A DNA stretch of 63,474 nucleotides, the filler included, from Octopus bimaculoides (lineage: Eukaryota): NCBI RefSeq assembly GCF_001194135.2. It is 6 parts of 6 records of this genome, joined end to end, with 100 filler letters (N's around TTAATTAATTAA, not from the genome) between each part and the next. Parts side by side here need not be neighbours in the genome. Positions count along the whole stretch, not along the records: positions 36,713 to 43,007 come from NC_068992.1; positions 43,108 to 50,711 come from NC_068995.1; 4 more parts are not named here. One strand, given 5' to 3'. Both the position numbers and the translations under genes were made by a program. Below, one piece after another: positions 36,991 to 48,423 of the stretch (within the stretch, counting starts at the first letter, position 1; each line of letters opens with the position of its first letter). Below the pieces are notes generated by a model that was not told where the DNA came from, ran no database searches, and saw only the letters and a program-made list of their open reading frames with translations.

Positions 36991-38439
36991 TGTATCTGTG
37001 CTTGCACGCGGGTCCGTGTGTAATAACAGCACGTGTATGTGCGTATATGTGTGTGTGTGGTTTGGCTGTTTATCTGTTAGTATGTGTGTGTGTGTGGCTT
37101 GGCTGTTTATCTGTTAGTGTGTGTGTGTGTGTGTGTGTGTCGTTTAATGTTGTAGAGGGAATTAGTAGCAGGAATTATTTGGGAGTGGTTGTCTGTGTGT
37201 CACCTTTTTTTTGTGCGTGGACGATGGTCGTATGTATGTATGTATGTATGCATTTAACATTGATGAGCAACAGTTTTATATTAAGCATGTAGGATGTGTT
37301 AAATCAATGAGAATTATGAAATGGCTACGAGAGATTTGTGGAGTCATAGAATTATCAGACAAGTGTCTGTAATATTAAAACGCGCTCTCGTATTTATTCT
37401 AAGTCGCTCCAAGTAGGTTTATTATAGAAAAGATTGGCATCTTCAGACGAAAAAAAAATTAAACGCTCTTATGCGGATCGATACTCTCTCTCTCTCTCTA
37501 TTGATCGTGAATGCTCCGGGATGCGTCAGCCTAAGAATCAACCACCCACTCAAATCAAAAACAAAAAAAGGGGGGAGGGAACAAAGGAAAACAAAATTAT
37601 TGTCAGTTCGATGAAATGGACTTCATGGGACCGCTTGTTGTAGTTTACATTGAACTCTGCTTTGTCTTAGCGGACGTACGATCAAAAGCATTAGAAATGA
37701 TTACTCTGTCTTTTAATCTCATTATCTGTGGTTCACAAAATGTTTTCAGTTTCCTGCTCCCTTTGGCACTCGGGCCGCATTCCTAGCGCCCCCACCACCA
37801 CTCACCGTCACGAACGTAGACCACTTTATGCAGCAAATTCAAAACAGCTATATTTTTACAACTAAGACTTAACTTAATTAGTCCATTATCTGGGGGGGGG
37901 GGGTCCACATCTATTGCCCCCGTTTGGCCGCCTAATTATTGCTCCACTTTTTTTCAACGCCCCTCTGGATATTTCCACCGCCCACTTTCGGAACTACTGC
38001 TCTATATTATCCAAAGTAATTTACTTTGCTTAAGACGATGGGAGGAGGGGGAGTTGAGGAATTTTTGGCTGCTATTTCTAACAAGTCAGTGACCACGTAC
38101 GGTGTTTCTCGGCATCATAAGACTGGATATTGTTGTTGTCGTTGTTGTTGCTTAGTCCTTGGTCGAGCAACTATGATTTAAATTCGAGTAAAGATCCCAT
38201 GGTTTTTTTTTTTTTAAACCAGACACGGTGTATCGAGTATTACAGGATGTCCCTTGCATAAAGAACATTCTTAATGTTTTACTGCATCCATCGTAGTTGA
38301 AAGTAAACAAAAATAAGGTAAGTTTAAGCCAGAGCAATTTTGAAAATTTGCAAGAAATTTAAAGGATCCAAATTAAAATCCGTAAAACATTTAGCCAAAC
38401 TGTTATCTTTCGAGTATGCCCCTCGGTATGTATACATAT

Positions 38440-38600
38440 AAGCATATATGTATGTACGTAGATAGATAGACAGAGAGAGAGGGGGAGAGGGAGAGAGAGA
38501 GGGGGAGAGAGAGGGAGAGGGGAGAGGGAGGGAGGAAGGGCGACAGATGGATGGATAGAAGGATAGATAGGTAGATAAAGAGATAGGTAGACAGACAGAT

Positions 38601-38672
<72 letters not shown>

Positions 38673-38955
38673 GGAAAGAGATAGGTAGATAGAAATAGAA
38701 AGAGGAGGAAAAAAGAGAGAGAGATATAAATGGATGGATAAATGGAGAACGGAATAGATAGGTAGGTAGGTAGGTAGATAGATAGATAGAGAGATAGATA
38801 GATAGATAGATGGATGGATGGGGGAAAGAGAAAGAGAGAGAGAGATGGATGGATAACGGGATAGATAGGTAGATAGATGGATAGATAGAGAGGGGGAGAA
38901 AGAAAGAAAGATGAATGGATAGCGAAATAGACAGACAAATAGATAGATAGATATC
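38440..38955. repeat. Purine-rich compound (AGAT)/(AGAC)/(GA) array
   Basis: Directly visible. Confidence 0.9.
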
Positions 38956-39581
38956 CTTTTATTCTTTTGTTTCAGTGATTCGATTACGGCCATGCTAGAG
39001 AATGCGTTCTCATGCAACGAATCCAACCCAGGAACCCTAACCACTATGTTTTACAGGGTTTTCATAAAATATCTTTACAACTTCTACGAATATTGTATCT
39101 ATTAAAATTGAGCTCCATCAGTCAACGTCTTTGCAACCAATGGAGCCCACGTGGGAAATGATTTGATGCTTCTAAAAAGAAAACGGTGCTGTTTTGGCGT
39201 GTGATCTACAAGGGAGATTACTCTAGGTTACTTTTTAGTTTTATTTTCAATTTCTAAAAACCTATAAGATGTTGGCTAAAGATTTTTACAATGTGATCAG
39301 CGACGAGACGAAGGCAGTTGCATTTTCACAAGAAACCAGCACTAAATTCACATCAGTTCTTAACAAAAAGAAAGGTGCAACTTTAGCATGTGATCTACAA
39401 TTTAAAGGGAGATTACTTTATGTTACTTTTTATGGATTTTGTTATTTAACTCAGTATAATAAAAAAAAAAGTAATCTCCCTTTTAGATCACATGTAAAAC
39501 CAGCATCGAAAATTTTATCTGATTGCCTGTTTTCCAATAAATTTGCTGAGTTATCCTTATTTTTCATTTTTTTCTGAATTT

Positions 39582-39615
<34 letters not shown>

Positions 39616-40144
39616 CTAATCGTAATACAAGATGTCCATAAATTATCTTTACAATTATCTTTATATGTTCAAAAAAGATTGAATTAGATTCGCCCTTTAA
39701 TTTGGAGGTTTCCATAAAAAGATTTCTAATATAGATTCTTCATATTTTGCTGGTAGCTTACAGACGTAAGTTTGCTAATATGAAAATAATACTTGTATAT
39801 GGTGTGTTGTGAATTTGTGGAATGGAATCCCATAAAACTCAAGAATTTTGTTAAATTCTATTCTATCAGTTTCTTTTTGCCGAACTGTTAACGTATGCAG
39901 ACGACGGAAACGAACCCAAGTACAAACCCAATAACATACATACAAGCATACATACAAATACACGACGGGTTTCTTTCAGATTTCACCTACCAAATCCGCT
40001 GATAAGGCTTTGGTCGACAATTCTTGTATATGTTGTTCTGTTAGAACAGAGAATACTGCGTTATTTACCCTGAGGCAACCTCTCATATGGACTTGTGGTG
40101 CATAAAAGCACGCCTGTTTATACTTTTGATGGGCAATTACTCTC

Positions 40145-40340
40145 GAGTTGGCACAAACGTTAGCACGCCGGGCGAAATGTCAAGCGGTATTTCGTCTGCT
40201 GTTACGTTCTGAGTTCAAATTCCGCCGAGGTCGACTTTGCCTTTCATCCTTTCGGGGTCGATTAAATAAGTACCAGTTAATCACTGGGGTCGATGTAATC
40301 GACTTAATCCCCTTGTCTGTCCTTGTTTGTCCCCTGTGGG
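40145..40340 (+). mobile_element. SINE family B
   Basis: gagttggca...B box gagttcaaattcc; central gaggtcgactttgcctttcatcctttcggggtcgattaaataagtaccag. Confidence 0.9.
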
Positions 40341-40442
40341 CAATAAAGAAAGAAATTACTGTCCGCAACGGTCGCCGGAACTGCCAGGTGATGATTTCAC
40401 CCTTTCTTGGGTTTGTCAATTTCTCCACCAACTATATATAGA

Positions 40443-40530
40443 ATATATAGATGTTTTCGATCTAGTTTGGATTCTTTGCCATCAAATTTGATGGCAAAAA
40501 ATCCAAACTAGATCGAAAACATCTATATAT
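40443..40530. repeat. 88-bp near-perfect palindrome
   Basis: 44-bp arms, no spacer, one mismatch (C40474/A40499). Confidence 0.97.
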
Positions 40531-41984
40531 ATAGAATATCAGTGTCATCTATTTAACCAACAAACGTCCCACATAGCTTGTGGGCTTATTAAAAAAATTA
40601 TATTTTGAGCGACAGAAGCAGTATTAATACTAAAAAAGTAATGTACATCTCCCACTTGAAGTGGATGTTGTGATAAAATATAGAATACTGCATTATTTAC
40701 CATGGGAGAACCTCTCATATGGAATCGTGGTTGTAAATGTTTGCCAAATATTCAAGATTTACTGCTTAGATATTCCACAATTTGTTTTTTTATGACGCTT
40801 TTATTCAAATTTAAATACAAAAAAAAAACAGATAAAAAGAGAGAGAGAGGGGGAGGGGAGAGAAAGAGAGAAGAAAGGAAAAGAAAGAAAAATACTGAAG
40901 TGTACGTCAAGCGAGAATGGCTCCAATACCTGTCTTGATTGGTCTACGCGAGTAACATTTTGACCCAGAGCTGAATAACTGCAACACGATCCTGTTTGTG
41001 ATTATTAGACCTGCTAGAAACAGTAGCCAAATTGACTTCAAATCACTTCATTTTCGCCTTCAAATAAAGAGCATACGTTTATAGGAAAGTTGGTTATACA
41101 TCATTAGATGTATACCTGACTTTCCTATATAAAATTAAGAAATATAACGGAACGCTGAACTCCAGACTATCAACTTAAACAACATTTATTCAGGTGGTAA
41201 ATATATACATCTTTAGGTCTTGTTGTTACAGCTTCTGTGTGTGAGCATAGTTGTTAGGACGTTGTTATGTAGATGTGAGCGAGCTGTCGAGCGTAAGTCC
41301 GAAAGATGTAGAAAGACAACTAAACACGTCCATGCTCTATTGCTGGCCAGCAAGAAAGAGAATGAATTGAGCGGGAACGCTTGCTTGTTTAATTCCACGC
41401 ATGCGTGAGACTACGCATGCACACGGCGTTACTACACATTGGCTAATGGAATCCCTTGGAAATCTCATGATTATAGAAAGCGAACACGATTAGGACTACT
41501 ATCTTGAGGTTTAACAAATATTAGATGTCCTTGTTGTTCTACCGACAGCTTATGAACCAACGAAAAAGCCTCGCAAAACACGTTAGAAATAGCAGCCAAA
41601 TTTCCCTTAAATCACCTGCTTCTTTTTCTTTTGCCTTTTCTAAAAACAGAAAAATGGTCTTCGGATTTGTATATTTTGAACATCAGAGATTCAGTGTGTA
41701 TGTGTTTTTTTTTTTTAATCTCAAATTAATTAGAGTTAAAGGATTTACAGTTGCTATACTTCATCTTTCTATCTTGCGAGCTAGCTATCTTTTTGTCTGT
41801 ATGCATGCATGCCTGAATGCAAAATGTTATTGTTACAATTTCAATTTATTTAAAATGTAATTTACAAACGCAAATAAATTGTATTTACACACTTCAAATG
41901 GAAATAGAATCTCTTTAATACAAAAATAAGTACTTCAGACGTAAATCCTCCAGCCTTAAGTAGTTGCTGATTAAATTTTTAATA

Positions 41985-42290
41985 ATCCTTTCTACTGGAA
42001 GTACAAGGCCTCAAATTTATGGGGTGGGACTAGGCAATTATATCGACGCCAGTGTTTCACTGGTACTTAAATTTTTAATAATAATAATAATCCTTTCTAC
42101 TAAAAGCACAAAACCTGAAATTTGGAGGAGGGGGTAAGTCGATTACATTGATCTCAATACTCAACTGATACTTATTTTATCGACCCCGAAAGGATGAACG
42201 GCAAAGTCGACCTCGGCGGAATTTGAACTCAGAATGTAGCAACAGGCGAAATACCACTTATGCATTTTACCTGGCGTGTTAACAGTCCCC
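41985..42290 (-). mobile_element. Two adjacent SINE family B copies
   Basis: Repeated aataatcctttctact tail; gtcgacctcggcggaatttgaactcagaa. Confidence 0.8.
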
Positions 42291-42295
42291 CTGTT

Positions 42296-42618
42296 GTGAA
42301 GGCGCATGGCTTAGCGGTTAGGGCATTCGTCTCACGATCGTAAAGTCGTGAGTTCAATTCCCAGCGACGCGTTGTGACCTTGAGCAAGACACTTTATTTC
42401 CCGTTGCTCCAGTCCACTCAGCTGGGAAAAATGAGTAGTACCTGTATTTCAAAGAGCCAGCCTTGTCACACTCTGTGTCACGCTGAATCTCCCTGAGAAC
42501 TACGAGAAGGGTACACGTGTCTGTGGAGTGCTCAGCCACTTGCACGTTAATTTCACGAGCAGGTTGTTCCGTTGGTCGTATCAGATGGGACCCGCGTCGC
42601 TGTAACCGACGGAGTGCT
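42296..42618 (+). mobile_element. SINE family C' (tRNA head, CORE-like body, tail X)
   Basis: A box tggcttagcgg, B box gagttcaattcc; body gaccttgagcaagacacttt...ccagtccactcagctgg; tail X. Confidence 0.88.
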
Positions 42619-42649
42619 CCTTAACAGAACTGCTACCTCATCGATTCCG

Positions 42650-42800
42650 GTGCTTAACTGGTACTTATTTTATCGACCCCGAAAAGATGAAAAGGCGAAG
42701 TTGACTTCGGCGGCATTTGAACTCAAAACATAAAGACCGGGAAGAAATCCCGCTAAGCGTCTTATTCGGCACAGTAACGCTTCTGCTAGATCGCCTCCTC
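42650..42800 (-). mobile_element. SINE family B
   Basis: actggtacttattttatcgaccccgaaaag...tttgaactca. Confidence 0.8.
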
Positions 42801-43051
42801 CTCTGCTTTATAACAATTCTTTCTACTACAGGCATAAGGCCTGGTATCTAAAGAGGATACCAGCGCTAAGCTGGTTCTTTATTTTATGAATTTCGATAGG
42901 ATGAAAAACAGTCACCAAGCGACGGCTACAGTGGACCACGTAAAGATAGACACGGTGTCGAGATTTACATAGAATCGAATAATTAAAAGAAAAAAAATCA
43001 AACGCGGNNNNNNNNNNNNNNNNNNNNNNNNNNNNNNNNNNNNNNNNNNNN

Positions 43052-43063
43052 TTAATTAATTAA
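43052..43063. other. Artificial scaffold linker TTAATTAATTAA
   Basis: N44-linker-N44. Confidence 0.97.
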
Positions 43064-43124
43064 NNNNNNNNNNNNNNNNNNNNNNNNNNNNNNNNNNNNN
43101 NNNNNNNATACAGCAGCAGCAGCA

Positions 43125-43905
43125 ATTGAGTTCGTGAGAGAGACGCCAGTAAAATCATCAAAAGCAATACATAGCTTGCTGCAAGGATCTCAACCATGGG
43201 ATATGAAAGTGGACTTAAGGGAGAGAGATTGCAGTTTCCCCAAGTTGTCCATACAACCCTGAGGCCAATTTATATATTTTTGATGTTGATGAAATTTTAA
43301 CCCGAACATAACAGATGAGCATTATTTGTAGTTCAACGGTACAACAGTGTAAGACTACCCTTTCAGATATACTTACATTGTGATTTCTGCAATGTGGTGC
43401 ATAAATTGTCAAGTAAATGAGACGCATCTTTGCCTCCACTGATTCACTTGCAAAGTGTTGAGTAAAATTATTTCGTTGCAGACCTCCTTTGGGTCTTTTT
43501 ATTATCACTACGACACACATGGTGGTCTGAAAAAGCCAAGAAAATTATCGTGATTGAACTAACAGTTTCGTGGAAAGAGGGGTGCGATGAGGCCCATGAG
43601 AGCGTTCTGCAGGATTGCAGGGAGTAGAGGAGGCAGATATGGCTTTTCCCAGTCGAGGTTGGCAGTAGGGGATTGCCTGCTCAGTCGGCATGAAGGATGC
43701 TTACAACAATTGGAATGAGAGGTAAGGTGTGAATGGTGGCTGTGCGCAAGATGAGAGAAGCAGCTGAAAGGGCTTCTTGCTGGCTTTGGAGTAAGCGAGA
43801 AGAGTTAATCTGGAAGCCAGGAGGAGATGAGGAGCAGTGACCTGGCCACTTCTGCTGACCCACCAACGGGAGGGTGTTACAGTTCAGGGTCGAAACACCT
43901 ATATA
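43125..43905 (+). mobile_element. HERO-like RLE non-LTR retrotransposon 3' remnant, split by an insertion
   Basis: IEFVRE...WDMKVDLRER/LQFPQVVHTTLRP |insert| WSEKAKKIIVIELTVSW...FPVEVGSRG...AAERASCWLWSKR, stop at 43840. Confidence 0.8.
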
Positions 43906-44639
43906 AAGGTATAATATCCAATCTTTTTGCTGTGTTCACGGTTCTACTGTTCCGAGTTTACTTTCTTGTCTATAAAATACCGAACACATTCGATGCTTCC
44001 AAAAAGTTTGTTTATAAAATGGAGTAGCATACCCAAAGATATTATTATTTAGCGTTAAAATTGACAATAAGTACGACAAGCGGGTCGTTTAGCTTAATGG
44101 TAAAGTACTCAACCGATATCAGAAGGGTACGCGTTCAAGTCACATAGCTTTCAGTTTACAACTTTTTTTTTTTTTTTCGTCTTATAAGAGTAAAATTTTT
44201 CTGTTGTTTTCGCGGCTGTACCACTTCCGAAATTTCTACTTCTAATAATCTACCTCTAAAGCACTTAAGCCCCTTTGCACTTGACATTTTTTTTTTTCAG
44301 TGAACAAAATGGTGGCTATTATCAATTGAAGTAGAAGCACGATATCTCAATGTAAATTAGCCATTGTCATTTTAGGATAATCGCCTTTTGGTTTTAAATA
44401 TTAGATTGTTACTAATAACTTAGATAACGTAGTTATTTCTAACTTAATAATACCACCTGATACAATCTGTTAAGTTACTTTTAAGTGAAGTTTTGGGGTA
44501 TCGTGGTCCCTTCAAATAGGGAGTTATTGTTGACTGACATGTATGCAAGTAAAGGTGGCTTATCTGGTATCCCTTGAAGAAATTTGTCTAGGGTTTCATC
44601 TGAAAATGAAGAGATTATTTTTCTTTTTTCTTTTCTAAT

Positions 44640-44765
44640 CATTAGAGATATGAAAGGTAAAGTTGACCCCGGCGGAATCTGAACTCAGATGGAAATGAGT
44701 CGGAAGAAATAGCGAAAGGCATTTTGTTCGACGCTTTGATGATTCTACCAGTTCGCCGCCTTCAA
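44640..44765 (-). mobile_element. SINE family B, 5' part
   Basis: aaggtaaagttgaccccggcggaatctgaactcag...gattctaccagttcgccgcc. Confidence 0.75.
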
Positions 44766-44991
44766 TTCAATATATAGTAACAAAATATTTTCATTTTAAT
44801 GTAAGCTATATTTTATTGATATGACAGTCGTGTCTCCTCTTTGTAAGTGTTTGAATTATCCTTAGTGCTTTGCAAATTAACAAAAATGAATTGAGTCAAT
44901 CACGGGCTTATTTAAATTGATAACACTGGATAACACAATTTTTGTCTTTGGATATCAACTGTTATTTCAAACTTGCTTATCCCTAGAAAGT

Positions 44992-45376
44992 GGAGGCGCA
45001 ATTGCCCAGTGGTTAGGACAGCGGATTCGTGGTCATAGGATCGCGGTTTCGATTCCCAGACCGGGCGTTGTGAGTGTTTATTGAGCGAAAACACCTAAAG
45101 CTCCACGAGGCTCCGGCGGGGGATGGTAGTGAATCCTGCTGTACTCTTACACCACAACTTTCTCTCACTCTTTCTTCCTGTTTCTGTTGTGCTTGTAATT
45201 CAAAGGGTCAGCCTTGTCACACTGTGTAACGCTGAATATCCCCGAGAACTACGTTAAGGGTACACGTGTCTGTGGAGTGCTCAGTCACTTGCACGTTAAT
45301 TTCATGAGCAAGCTGTTCTGTTAATCGGATCAACTGGAACCTTCGACGTCGTAAGCGACGGAGTGCCAACAACAAC
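44992..45376 (+). mobile_element. SINE family C, full length with 11-bp TSD
   Basis: A box ttgcccagtgg, B box ggtttcgattcc, (AAC)n tail; TSD CCCTAGAAAGT at 44981-44991 and 45377-45387. Confidence 0.95.
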
Positions 45377-46017
45377 CCCTAGAAAGTATGAAAAATAGTT
45401 AATATTTCCTTCAAATTTTGTTTGTGTTTATTTATTCAACCCCAAAAAATCCTTCTTATCACATGGCTATGATGCACCCCCGCTACTCCTGCTCATTTTT
45501 CAGAGATGCACATATTATCAGCCACTAAGGGACATGCTCAAGTTATACAACTGATAAGCAAATCTGTATTATTGAGCAGAATATTTTTTATAACGATCTT
45601 TCTGCTTCAGCAACTCAGCGCTGAATCTATCTGAAATGTATCAGAAAATTGGTCAGTTTTAATACATTGATGTTCAGGTCACAAAAACAAAGTTTGAAAG
45701 GAATCGTAGTCATTTCCTTTAATTTCTAGATGGAAGCAAATAGGAAATAACACTTATTGATCAAAGACAAAAAAGAAAATTAAAATTCTGTTACACAGTG
45801 TAATGAAAACTACAAACTAGCGAACCTTCACTGCTCGATTCAAAACNNNNNNNNNNNNNNNNNNNNNNNNNNNNNNNNNNNNNNNNNNNNNNNNNNNNNN
45901 NNNNNNNNNNNNNNNNNNNNNNNNNNNNNNNNNNNNNNNNNNNNNNNNNNNNNNNNNNNNNNNNNNNNNNNNNNNNNNNNNNNNNNNNNNNNNNNNNNNN
46001 NNNNNNNNNNNNNNNNT

Positions 46018-46408
46018 TGTTGTTGTTGTTGGCACTCCGTCGCTTACGACGTCGAGGGTTCCAGTTGATCCGATCAACGGAAAAGTCTGCTCGTGAAATT
46101 AACGTGCAAGTGGCTGAGCACTCCACAGACACGTGTACCCTTAACGTAGTTCTCGGGGAATATTCAGCGTGACACAGTGTGACAAGGCTGGCCCTTTGAA
46201 TTACAGGTACAACAGAAACAGGAAGAAAGAGTGAGAGAAAGTTGTGGTGGAAGAGTACAGCAGGGTTCGCCACCATCCCCTGCCGGAGCCTCGTGGAGCT
46301 TTAGGTGTTTTCGCTCAATAAACACTCACAACGCCCGGTCTGGGAATCGAAACCGCGATCCTATGATCGCGAGTCCGCTGCCCTAACCACTGGGCCATTG
46401 CGCCTCCA
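46018..46408 (-). mobile_element. SINE family C, full length
   Basis: Reverse complement of 44992-45376 with about 23 differences by manual count. Confidence 0.95.
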
Positions 46409-47262
46409 CAAAGAAATTTATTACATAATTTTAAAATACGATTTTTAAAACCTTACACCAGAAAATTGAGCTACGATAGTCTTTAAGTCAATGAAATAGC
46501 AAAAATAACTTAAATACATTTCAATACATTATTTTGGTATCAGTCGTTTCTGAACATGAAAAAGGATTACTGCCATTTTAACACATCATGAAACGGAAGC
46601 TTCTACAATCACTTTTATTTTCATAGCAAATCAAATAAACGTTAAATTTTCTGCTATATCCGCTGTTCGTTGTACACAAAGTAGGAAAATTGACGAGATT
46701 TGCATCGGCAATTCACTGGTCAGTTTTATAAGAGATCTGATACTTTAACGGATCATTGTTTTGAAAAGTTATGCAATTACGTGCGCGCGTGTGTATATAC
46801 GTATATGTACTTGTGTGTGAGTGTATATGTGTGTTTGTTTGTGTGTTGGGGGCGGGGTGCATGTGAGTGCTTGTGTGTGTTGTATACGTGTGTATGTGTG
46901 AGTGAGGCGGGGGAGTGTGATTTCTTTGCGATTTATTTTATGCTTTTTTTCTTTTGCGGAACTGAACCCGATCGCTAACAAAGTGGCAAAGTTATTTTGT
47001 TTAAGTCAAGACAACTCTTTAAGTTTGTATTTACCTGAAATGGTTAATGTATGCACGTGCGCGCGCAGGTGTGTGTGTTTGCTTGCTTACGTGTGTGTGT
47101 GTACTTGCGTGTGTGTGTGTGCGTTGAGCGCATGTATGATGGGGTATAAACTTGCACTCGTGGTAGTCCGTGTCACTATTGAACCCAACCGTGTGTTTAA
47201 TTACACTTTATATCTGTGCGTGTATATACATTCCATATGTATATATGACCTTGTGCATATAT

Positions 47263-47405
47263 CCCCGAGAACTACGTTAAGGGTACACGTGTCTGTGGAG
47301 TACTCAGCCACTTCCACGTTAATTTCACGAGCAGGCTGTTCCGTTGATCGGATCAACTGGAACCCTCGACGTCGTAAGCGACGGAGTGCCAACAACAACA
47401 ACAAC
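47263..47405 (+). mobile_element. 5'-truncated tail X SINE with (AAC)n tail
   Basis: ccccgagaactacgttaagggtacacg...ggagtgccaacaacaacaacaac. Confidence 0.9.
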
Positions 47406-47476
47406 ATCCATGTATTCATGTGAGTATACATTTGTGGGTACGCTGGTGTGTATGTAAATATATGTTTACATTGAAC

Positions 47477-48037
47477 CGGTGGTTCTCAATTTGGGTTCAC
47501 ATGGCCCTTAGGTGGGGTTCACATAAGATTTTGTTCTAAAACATTTATGTGCAATAAAATGGTCATACTTCTACAATACGCCAAATATTTCGACAATTTT
47601 TTATACAATTCTTAATAATATTTAATTATAAAAATAAAGTAGGATCTTTTAAGCATTGAATGTCTTTGAGGGTCCAGTAAAATAAGATAGGAATCAAAGG
47701 GTTTCATGGACAAAAAATGGTTGAGAACCACTTTTTATCTATGGACCCCTTTGATTACTATTTTATTGTGGTGGACCCCCGTAGTCATTCAATATTTAAA
47801 AACTAGTTTTATAGATGCTTTCTTTCAAAATTCCTATTTTGTTTTTCATATATTAACTTGTGTAGGTTGAACTATGTAAAAGGTTTACTAAAGAAACCTA
47901 AGCTGTTTCTTCCAAATAAGTACATCAAAAGCAAAATTTTTTTCATGGGCCCTTAATATTTACTAGTTTGCTTGCATGGACCCCAAAAATCGTATATAGA
48001 ACCCTGGGGTCATATAAATCCGGGTTGAGAGCCACTG
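47477..48037. mobile_element. Composite non-autonomous hAT (Charlie-like) MITE(s)
   Basis: Left end cggtggttctcaa; right ends ttgagaaccact (47732) and ttgagagccactg (48037); repeated ggacccc motifs; no clear 8-bp TSD. Confidence 0.65.
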
Positions 48038-48200
48038 GTCTAATAGAAGGTCTGTACGTTAATCCCGAAAGTTTGTTACATACGTTTGTATTACCAGTAT
48101 ATTTCTGTCAATTAGATTTATTACTACCGTAGCACTTTATCTTACATAGCTTTAGATTGTCGCAAGAGTCCAATGGCTGACGGCACCAAATTTCAGTTAA

Positions 48201-48423
48201 CCCATTAAGTCCCACTCTCCTGTAAATAGGACACTAAATGAAAACATTGAATAAGCTATATCACATTGTCTCCGTGTCCTAGTTATAGGACACTGAGTAT
48301 TTCCATTTCTACTTGAAGTAAAGGAGTTTTAATAATTATTTTTTTCATTTTAACCTATTTTCAATCATCTGTGAAAATTTAAAAGTAATATTCAGAAATG
48401 TAAGTACTCTGGGACTTAATGGG
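48201..48423. mobile_element. piggyBac-type MITE (223 bp)
   Basis: TTAA|CCCATTAAGTCCCA ... TGGGACTTAATGGG|TTAA: perfect 14-bp TIRs with TTAA target duplication. Confidence 0.85.

Noticed and set aside
44082-44150. Functional tRNA gene
   Set aside because: Acceptor and anticodon stems do not pair; kept only as a Pol III-like relic.
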